From NCBI RefSeq assembly GCF_006345805.1, contig NW_021832868.1:28793-92792 (forward strand): a stretch of DNA of 64,000 nucleotides. The letters are read 5' to 3'. A program made the position numbers and the translations under genes. Of the stretch, positions 34,722 through 44,895 are shown one piece after another. Every line of letters starts with the position of its first letter. The stretch's first letter is position 1. Source of the stretch: Octopus sinensis. Taxonomy: Eukaryota. A model generated the notes under the pieces. The model ran no database searches. It had not been told where the DNA came from and saw only the letters and a program-made list of their open reading frames with translations.

Positions 34722-37700
34722 GGAAATTTTTTATTTAATAATTAATTAGAGAGGCTGTTAGTGAGGTAACATAAGGAGACCTTCGGCATTCCTGCCTTTT
34801 CGGTCCAGCACACACGCTCGCCTCTCTACACAACCACAGGTTAGGACTTACCGTCTTACCTGCCACCCAGTCATTATCTTCTCTAGGACCTCAGGGAGGC
34901 CTTTGAGGGACAATTCCTGGGCGTTGGAGAGCTCATCACGCCATCCTAAGCCATAGGCTAGCCGGATGGCTCGTCTTCTTACTTTCTTAAGCGCGTCAAC
35001 GTACTTCTCCCTGTCCTCGCAGAAGTGCCAAGCGTGCACGCCATAGGTTAACACGGGTAACACCATGGCGTTGAACACACGGAACCAGGCACCTCTCCTC
35101 AAGTGGAAAGCACGCAACGCGCCTAATCGCTGCATTGCACGCATTTTAGTGCGACCCCCTGGTGTCGCACGACCTGACCGCGAGATTCGAGGAACCCCGA
35201 CAGCCAGCGCCTTAGACACGGAGAAACCCCACACGTGGCGAGGGAACTCCGCAGGCCGTCGTGCCACACCGAGTCGAAGGCCTTTTCTATGTCAAGACTA
35301 ACTAACATACCAAACTCACTTTTCTGGAGGGCGTTTTTCATTTCGGAAGACACCTTCCACAAGCAGTCTCCACATGAACGACCCTCCCTGAAGCCCCATT
35401 GGAACTCCGGGAGGGCGTCAACCACCGTCAGCTCCTCCAGGAGCCTTCGGTGCATGATCCTTTCTAGGATTTTAGATATAGCGGGAAGCAAGGAAATGGG
35501 CCTATATCCCCCGGGGACATCATGAGGCTTCCCAGGTTTTCCAATGAGGATTACCTCAGCCACTTTCCACCTGGAAGGAATCATCCCAAGTCGCAAGCTC
35601 CCGCTAAACAAAACCTGTAAGGCCGTGATCAACAACGGCGGGGCCTTTTTGAAGATGGACATAGGGATCCGATCTAGCCCCGCCGCGGTGTTCTTACTTC
35701 GGGAGATCGCTGCCAGGATCTCCCTTTCGGAAACTTCGCCTGCATCGCCCCTTGTTATGTCCAGCTGGCAGCGCTTGTCCCAAGACAATACCTCCTGGAT
35801 AGTAACAAAAGACGACGTCTCTACGAACTGACTTCCGTCAGTTCCCGAGATGTTGTTGAGGTGGGTTGAAAATATATCAGCCACCTCAACCGGGTCCGAG
35901 GCGAGGGTTCCATCAGAGCGCTTAAGGCGCACTGACTTTGCCTCCCCTCTCCCCGACAGGCTCTTCAGTTGTTTCCAGAAGTCCGGAAAGCGCGGGTCCA
36001 CTCTTTGACAGGCCCGCTCCCACCGTGAACTTTCGTGTTCACGGATTTCCCTCCGGATCTCCCTCTGAAGCCGGCTGATCCAGCCGCGAAACCAGACACG
36101 GTTCTCCTGGTACACGCATTTGTCCCGCAGTCTGGACAGCCGGCGCTTGAATCTAATTTTATTTAGCACCCGGTACGGGAGCGTGGAATGTGCCTGGCCC
36201 TGTACTGGGTTCTGTTTGAAATTATCTCGCATATAATCAGACAGGGCAGCATTGATTCCATTATCTAACGCCTCCAACTCTCGTATGTTGGCGCAGGTAT
36301 TCCCCACCAGAAGTGAGGGCAACCTGCTGGCCATGAAACTCTCCAGGTTAGCCCAGGAACCCACCCGGAGGTCAAAGTATCCTGGGACCCTTTGAGGAAC
36401 TGGCTCACGAAGTTCGTGCAATAGAGGCAGATGGTCGCTCCCAATATCGGGCAATAAAATAGTTTTACTAACCCAATTTAGAAGACCGGGACTGACCAGA
36501 GCAAGCCCTAGCCAGTCACGTCCTCCCCTCGTGTCGACGTGGTTTGGCTCGCTCGAAGTCCGGATTTCCAGCCCGAGGTCTTCAACCAGCGTCTTCAGAG
36601 CCAAACCATGCGAGTTGGTTACCCTGAAACCAAGATCTTGATGCTTGGCATTCAGGTCCCCAACAACCATGGCCTTCGGATGCTTTTCAAAGAACTCCCG
36701 TACGTGCCAGGAGCACGCCGTAAAGTTCTTCGAGTACATCCCACCTAGGTAAAATGTTAACTCGCCTATGCGAATTCTCACTTGGAGGAATTCACACAAG
36801 CTACATGAACATATACCTGGACTCTGCAAGGCAAGGTAGGGCTTGTAGAAGAGGCTAGTTCCTGTGCCACATATTGACCCCTGTTTCCAGGGTATGTGAC
36901 GACAGTTGTAGCCATCAACTACGTACGGACCCCCCTTTACCTTCGTTTCGTTGACCACCAGAATGTCCGCACTCGTGGTGGCCAACATCCTCTGAACGGC
37001 GTCCCTTTTTCCTTCCAAGGAACGCGCGTTCACCGATATGATGTTGAGCATCATATCGGTTCTTCGCCAAGGATCTTCTTGGCCTCGGCAACGTTGCAGT
37101 GTAGCATTTCCTCTACACTGCAATTCATCTCCCTACAAAATTTTAATAGGGAAACGCATAATTGCACCGCAGGACTAATACTGTCCTGCGGTACACGCTC
37201 GCCAGGGGCTGAGTGCAATGGCATCTCCACGTATGGAGGACGCCTTTTCAGCCCCAGGTTGTGCCGGACGGCGCCGCCGTTAGCCGCCTCAGAAGGCATT
37301 GCCGGCTTAGGCAACCAAGCGGACTCGGAAGCTTTCACCTGCTTTGCCAACTTTGTCGGCGAAGGCTGCACCGACCCACACGTAGCATGGCTCACAGGTT
37401 CCACTGTCTTCGCCACCCAAACGGATTTGGAAGGTTTGGCCAGTATCGCCTGCTTGCCAGGTTTTGGCGCAGGGCGCGCGACGCGACGCGGGCGACTTAC
37501 TGTTGGGATTACATCCCCACCTACCTTTCGGGTTGCCTCCTTGAACTTGGGGCAACCTCTGAAGTTGGCAGTGTGTCCCAACTTACCACAGTTGACACAC
37601 TGCCTCTCCTTGGATGGTGAGGGGCACGTCTTGCGACCATGCTCCCCACCGCAAATAAGGCACTTCGCCTTATCCGGGCACTTTGTGGAGATGTGCCCGA

Positions 37701-38541
37701 ACCCCTGACACCGAAAGCATTGGGTGGCTTTCGGGCGGGGCCAGGCAGCTCTCATCCTAATGTAGCCGATCCTGGTACCAAGAAGTACCAGACGCTCGGC
37801 TTCTGCAGGAGATCCCAGTGTAATCTCCACCACTTCAAGAGGGCGATTACCCTGCTTGAAGCGTGCAATGGCAGAGGCACTGGGGTACTCCTGCTGCAGA
37901 TGACCTAGGAGGTCATTATCCTCGAAGTCCCGAGGAACCCCGAGGAGGAGGACACTTACCTTACTTACCTTACGTTCGATCCTGACAAGGCGATGCATGC
38001 CAGGACCGAACGGATTTGACTTCTCCAGCTCCCCTTTGAAGTTGGAGAAGTCATCCTCCTTCTCCCACCCAAGCAGGAATTGGGTGGGCTCCCTCTTCAG
38101 GACTCTATACAGCTTTGAAGGCTGGATAGAGTCTAACGTACCTAAGATCTTTATGACCGAGGCCTTCCCACTTGTAGGGAGGACCTCAAGTCGTGCCACA
38201 GCACCGAAGGTAATTCTGCCCCCGGCGCCAGTGGTCTTCTTTGGGTGTGCATCCACCTGATCGGACACACACCCAGTACCTAAAACATTAGGGGGGGTTG
38301 GACGGCCAGCCGCACGTTTGGGTTTCCCCACCGTGTACCAACCGTCCTCAAGGGCAACCTTATTTCCTGCCGTACCCACCGGGACGGCCTCAGGAGACGA
38401 CACCCTGTTGGCATTAATTGACTTACCTAGGCTGGGTTTGGTACCACTAGACAAACCGCAAACACGTGGCGAACCAGCATGCTGTGCGGTTGTGGTGGAT
38501 ACCAAACGATCAGAACCAGTTGCACCTGCAGCTCCTATCAT
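34722..38541 (-). mobile_element. Chimeric LINE: family B 3' half and family A 5' half, with a ~0.4-kb RT deletion at 35153
   Basis: Diagnostic SNPs switch from B to A between 36282 and 36311; third-variant patch at ~37770-38050. 3' junction is the same as B1. Confidence 0.9.
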
Positions 38542-39269
38542 AAATTGATTTGTATAGATTTTTTGTTAAAAAAATTTGGCACGTGGAAATTTCAGAAATA
38601 CAATCTCCTTGCAAATTAATTGTCGATTCTCTATGAAACAGAAATAAATATTATTATCGCAGTCTTTATTTCAGATATCTGGACCATCATTGAGATATCC
38701 GCTCTGGTATTTACACTGCTTATAAGCTACTAGGTGAAATTGTGTTTTAATTAAAATTATCTTAATTTTTAGTTACCCAATTATTAATAGAAAACATAAT
38801 AAATTGTGGCACGTGTGAGCACACTTTTGACATACCTTGTTGTCCTGTTACATTATTTGGTCAATCTTTATTTTTTTATTTAATTGGATTAGAAGGAATA
38901 TTTTGCGATGTAGTTTCTTTTAATGAATAAATTATCTGAAATTTCATCATTTTGTAATATTTGCGAGTTTATTCTTTCAATCTGTTTATATCGCTTATTT
39001 GAAATCTTCTCATTTATCTTTGTTCATTGAATTTCATCTTATTTTTTGATAGAAAGTTCTTTTATTTATATTCTTATGGCAAACTTTTATTTATTTGTTC
39101 CTGGATTTGGCGATCCTATATTTTAGCGTCCTAAAATCTAAAATGATCAATTTCTACCAAATTTTAATCATTATTGTTATATTTTTTAAACTTTTTTTTT
39201 TTTTTCTAAACTATTTTAGTATTTACAGTCAAATTAATTAAAAGAGAATTAATGTCGTGAACTTGAGGG

Positions 39270-39701
39270 TTAGTCCGACGACGATGCACTGCGGATAGAG
39301 AGGCAGTTCCCGCGAAGAATTGCAACCGAGATGCGCTGGAAAAGCCAGCTCGTCTCCCTCCGGTCATTTGTATTCTGTGAGATTCTTCCTCCCACAACCC
39401 GTAACAGATTTTCTACCTTCTTTCCAACCACACCGGAGGTCTCAAAGGCTAGGGGGACAAACTCAACGACGTTCGGAAGCACAGCGTACTTCGTCAACTT
39501 CCTTTCTTCTGCCAGCGCACATGCGTAGCCTGGTGTACTGGCTGTTCCTGTGAGCACAGTATCTGAAAAGGAGTCGACGCAAGTTACATCCCAAACAAGA
39601 GACCTTCCTCCTCTAAAGGGGAATATAGTCATCCCGTCAGGACGCTTTCCGTCACTGCGGCCGATCTCAAATGGGAAAAGGGTCATCCCGTCAACTTCCA
39701 A
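39270..39701 (-). mobile_element. CRE-like RLE non-LTR 3' fragment
   Basis: DGKRPDGMT..GRSLVWDVTCVD..AEERKLTKY..PLAFETSG..FQRISVAILRGN. Confidence 0.85.
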
Positions 39702-39719
39702 AATTTGCTTTTTGGATTT

Positions 39720-39800
39720 GTATTACTCAACAAAATTTCGGAATGATACTTTTCGATTACTCAACAAATCAACAAAATTTCGGAATGATACTTTTTGGAT
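39720..39800 (+). promoter_or_regulatory. Duplicated histone-promoter motif forming the left flank of LINE C2
   Basis: AAAATTTCGGAATGATACTTTT twice (CGGAAT at 39739 and 39781). Confidence 0.65.
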
Positions 39801-42800
39801 TACTGGCCGGCGGGTTTTTCACAGCCCGTAAGGCTGCTTACGCGGCTTTGGCGAATGGGCATCCACCCTAACATGCCCAGTGTCCAGGACTGTTGCAGTT
39901 TATGCAGGTCTTGACAGCAGGGTCGTTAGGTCTGGGGTCTGAGTTCGGACAGCTCTTGTGTCGGTGTTCGCCTCCACAGAGCAAGCAACGAACTTTTTCG
40001 GTGCACTTATGGGACGTGTGCCCAAATTGGTGACACCGGAAGCATCTGACAGCCGGGGGCTTGTGCCATTTACATCGGATATGGCTGAAACCCGCAGTAA
40101 TCCCGAAGCGGATGAGGGTGTTGGCCTCAGCTCGGGAGTCCAGCGTAAGCTTTCCGACTGGAATGTCGGTTCCATTCCGAGAGTATCTCTCGAACTTGAA
40201 GTCCGAATCGAGAGTTTCCCGGAGGTGGAGGTCAAGGTCGTTAGTCGACATCCAACGGGGGATTCCCTTTAGGATCAGGACGGAAGCTTTCTCAGGTATT
40301 GAAGCAAGTTTGTGGCCGCCTTCGCCAAACAATTTAGTATGAGTTAACTCCGCCTTGAATGCGGCTGCATCCTCGGCGCACCGGAATTGTAGTAGGAAAG
40401 ACCCGGACTTCTGTAGAGTAATCCGAGCTTTCGACGCATTTGGGGATTTTGACAGGAGATTAAACCTCTTGATTTTCCCCAGTGCTGGGTTGTCAATCGT
40501 GAGGGTAAACAACAGGCTCGAGTTATCGCACTCCATCGCCAACTGAGGAGGCTCCTCGTCACTGAGTTTTCCTCCAGTAGATTCGCGAGCTCTTTGTTTG
40601 ATTGCGGTGTCAGTTTGTTTCTCTTTAATAACTTTGGATTAGTTTTTTTTTAATAACTTTGTTTCAATTTGTTTCTCTTTGATAACTTTAGGTGCCATCT
40701 GTTTTTCTTTAATAACTTTGTTTCAAAATTCAGGCTCTTTTTTGTCCTGGTTTCTCTGACCAGGACCTGCACAACAGAGATGCCCTTATGGAATTCTTTC
40801 GTCGTTGTGTGGGAGCTCTAACCAAACTTGGTGTGGAACCTGAGATGCTGCAACGGCTCCTATTAGAGGGGAGCACGCCAGCAACATAGCCCCAGTCAAA
40901 ATCATCGCTGTGAATGCCCGATCTGTCAAGAGACGGCACCAGGACTTTGTTGAGATGGTAAACAGCGGCCATCCAGACATTATTGTCGTCAACGAGTCTA
41001 AGCTCAAAGAAAACCACTCGTACGAACTTCCGGGCTACCGGTCAGTGGATCTAAAATGGGGAAGCTGCTCTACGCCAGGGACTGGCTCGAGCATCTTCTA
41101 CGCTGAAAAACTCCAAGTCCGTAACCTCACCATCATCGAGAGCACGGTGTGTGAATTCCTCTCTCTTGAGGTGAAAACTGATTCCTTCTGGATAAAGGTC
41201 GGTGGAATATATTGCAAATATCTCCCCCCCTGCATCAGATTGATTGACGAATTCTTTTCAAGCACAGCTCATTGCTTTCTTATCGGAGACTTAAACTCGA
41301 AGCACACGGCGTTTGGATGTCGGTTAACCAACCAAGATAATCGAACACTGAAGAAGTACACTGACAAGCTTGGTGTTTTCGTCAGAACATCCGAAGACCC
41401 GAACCACCACTCGCCCTTTGGCGGGGACAACCTGTGCCTGTGCATCTGTTCTCACTCTGTCGGTAACCTTATGGAAAAGCCTACAATGCTTGACGATATC
41501 GGAAGTGACCACCTACCAATGGAGATCAAAATTCACACTAGCATTGTTAGACAAGAACGCATTTTCTCTCACTACAATCTCTCAAAGATCAACTGGCCAC
41601 ACTACAGGAGCTCCACAAGTGCATTCCTGCACGACAACGGTCGCTCTGTTGGGTATAACTCAGCCCTCGACATCGACTCCGTAAGCGATAAGTTAAGCAA
41701 ATTCATGCTTCAGTATCTAACGTCGTACGGAGAATTGCCAAGTGCAGACCGCGCACGGAGGACCACTCCGAGCGTGAAAGTGAAGATCATCCTCAACGAA
41801 AGGAAGCGGCTGAGAAATAAACTCAAACGCTGTGTGGACCCAGCTGACAGGGGAAGACTTAGGAACATAATCTCGGAAATTGGTTATAAGGTCCACGTCG
41901 CGACAAAGCTGGAAGCAGCCAGGAAATGGCAGAAGGTTTGTCAAAACCTGGACTACAGAAACCCAAATTTCTGGGACTGTTTCCACAAAGTGGCTACCTC
42001 GAAGGAAAATCCTCACCCCCGAGGTTGTGCAACCAGTCTGGTATGCCCGCCTCGCCACAAGAGATGCCAAACATATTCGCAGAACACCTGGCCACTATCC
42101 AGGAGGCCAATCCGGAAACGTCGCAAAACCGGGAGTCGGAGCCACTGCCGCGCCGACTGTCGTCGGACCATCACCCGATCACCATTGCAGAGGTGACCTG
42201 GGCCATCCGTTCGTCAAAAGGCAACGCATTGGGCCATGACAAAATAGCGATGCGATTGTTTAAGGAAGCACCCGAAGACCTACATGTGTTCTTCGCGGAT
42301 TTGTTTACGGCAAGTCTCAAGTGGGGCCATGTGCCGGGAAAATGGAAAATCTCAGAGGTCCGGATGATCAAAAAGCCTACGAAACCGGTGAATCTCGCTA
42401 GCAGCTACCGTCCCATAAGCCTAATCCCAACTATCTCAATGCTGATGGAGAAAATTATGGCCAAGCGCCTCGACTTCCACGCCGAAGAGAAGAAAGTACT
42501 TCTCCCGCAGCAATGGGGTTTTCGCTCTGGACGTAGCTGCGGTGACTGTTTCATTATGGTACAGTCCACCATCTCGAGAGCAATGGAGTTTAAAGAAACT
42601 TTATCTCTTGTATGTCTGGACATCTCAAAAGCTTTTGACAGCGTCTGGCACAGAGACCTACTGGAAAGGATCGAACTCTGTGAGCCAACAGCGGAAGTCT
42701 TTTTCTGGATGCGCTGCTTCCTCTCAAATCGTTACTCTTTTATCTCTGAGTCGGGCTTCTTCTCAAGATATATTTCGCTCCGAAGGGGGGTTCCGCAGGG

Positions 42801-43630
42801 GTCCTGTCTCAGCCCAATCTTTTTCAATTTGGTAATGAGCAGTTTCCCCACACCCTCCGATCCCAGGACATCCCTACTCCTCTACGCGGACGATGTTCTC
42901 GTTCTGGACACCTCGATGGACACCAATGCCTCGGAGAAACGACTTGCCGGCTACATTGAGGAGATAAAGAATTGGTGCATTGGTAAGCGACTCTCGCTGG
43001 CCATGGACAAATCTGCATATCTCAAAATCAACCCAAGAAAGTCGCAAGATCGCAAACCCGGCTCTTTGATGGAAATCGCTCGCCCTGAGAGCATACGTTA
43101 CCTGGGGCTTACAATCGACGCAAACTCGAGATACCATTTGCATTTCAAACGGAGAAAAGGGAAAGCCATCGCCGCTTTCCGACTCCTAAGAAGCATGCAC
43201 TTGAATCCAAATACCTTCCTATTTGTATACCATGCAACAATCTTGCCCAGCCTACTGTATGGTATGGAAGCTTGGTTCTACTCGAAACAATATTAGAAAA
43301 TTCTGCGAAAATGCGAAAAAATACGGAGATACGCTCTAAAACTAGCCTATATGCTAAATCCATGGGACCCTGTCCCAAGCTGGGCGGAGAGCAAGTCTCC
43401 AGAGCTACGGCAGGCCATCGAGGATTCTATCCGAACTTTTCGGAAACGTTCTAAAGTGGCTGACCTATTCATCGATCGTGGAGAATAGCAGGTGTCCCTG
43501 CTCATAGACAGACAAAGCGGACGAACCATGGAAGAGCTCGAATGCCCAAAGCAATCGTCTCGTCAAAATTATTTTCCGCACTAAGCTTCTGTCTCGCTCT
43601 TCTTTCTTACAATAAAATTCTTCATTCATT
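39797..43630 (+). mobile_element. LINE family C, copy C2, with inverted 5' segment (39797-40748, minus) and direct 3' segment (~40749-43630); ORF2 has a premature stop at 43294
   Basis: ORF1 N-terminal two-thirds on minus; ORF1 end and ORF2 on plus; ends AATAAAATTCTTC(ATTC)2. Confidence 0.92.
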
Positions 43631-43644
43631 CAACTTGCAAAAGG

Positions 43645-43920
43645 AGCTCTTGCAGCATATTCATATCCACTCCAAGTTGACTTCGCGCTTGTGAGAGTGC
43701 TGGGGGTCGGCAACGTCTAAATAGAGACATCGACTTTGGACGGACTTGGGGGAGACCCTTTTGTCCAGACTGATTCTATCGGTTCGGCTTTTACCCAGCG
43801 TACTGGGCTTTTAGTCTGTGGGCTCTTCGCAACCCTTGAGGCTGCTGTTGCTGCTTTGGCAGACGGACATCCACCGTAGCACGCCAAGTGCCCAATGTTC
43901 TTGCAGTTGCAAAAGTGATT
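43645..43920 (-). pseudogene. Divergent family-C-like ORF1 fragment
   Basis: NCKNIGHLACYGGCPSAKAA..RWVKAE aligns with C1 NCNSPGHWACYGGCPLAKAA..RWVKAE. Confidence 0.75.
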
Positions 43921-44895
43921 GAACTTGCAAAAGGGTCTGTGTTCTCGAGCAAAGGTGCCAACCTCCATCTTAACATTCATGTTAAGAAGGATTGGCCCCC
44001 CGCTCATGTATATTTTCTGGTAGTTTGGGTTGTCCCAGTCCTCGTCCTAAGGTTGTGAGAATTCCCCGAGAGGAATTGTGCGAGGCTTTACCTCATCTCC
44101 TTCTTTCAATCCATGTACCTTCTCTATTTGTTCGTACTCATTTTCCCCAATCGAGTCTTTCACGAAATCAGCAATATTTTTCATATATGTTTACACAGTG
44201 ACTATGTAAGCTCAGTATGATTGTAGTATCTTTTTTTGTAATCAGCAAAATTTCATATGGTTCGATGTGTCAGAGAGTTCTCTTTGTCTCACAGATTCAG
44301 CATCTCCCGATAATAACTTATACGTTACACATATAATTTGGTTATCTCCTTGTGCGAGCATCTTCATCTTTATGTTTCTCCTTAATTGTGCCTTTTCTTT
44401 CTCTGTTAATTACAATTACAACTTGCAAAAGGATCACTCAACATTTGTCAAGAATCTCTCAGTTCCAAGATAGCCATATAAATTCTTAAGGGCATTCACT
44501 CCAATATTTTGGAAAGGCTCTCGGATGCTCGCTGAATCACGGTGTCGAAGCAGCTCTTGAGCCAGTTCCTGTTTCTGCTTGTTGGACATACCAAGATATC
44601 GACCCGCCATCATCAGGTTCTTAGCTGACCTGAAGGCACCGACCCCACGGCGTATGGATTGCTTGCCATCGTTGAGTATTTCAACAAAGGCATTGACAAG
44701 GTCGCTCACACGCACATCTAAGGTCCTCCACTCTCCATCGTCCTGCCTCCTCCAGATGGAAGGGAAAGCCATTATGTCGCGGTACGGGTCAGCTTCCATC
44801 TCCTTCAGTGGCTGTTAGTCTTGATGGAAAGCTGACCAGACCGTTGCATAACTTCCCTCAGCCTTAGCGATGTCCTTTCCCTTTTCCCATTTGAA

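Noticed and set aside
44820-44890. Kinase P-loop-like AEGSYATVW upstream of the orphan ORF
   Set aside because: Lacks GxGxxG and all downstream kinase motifs.
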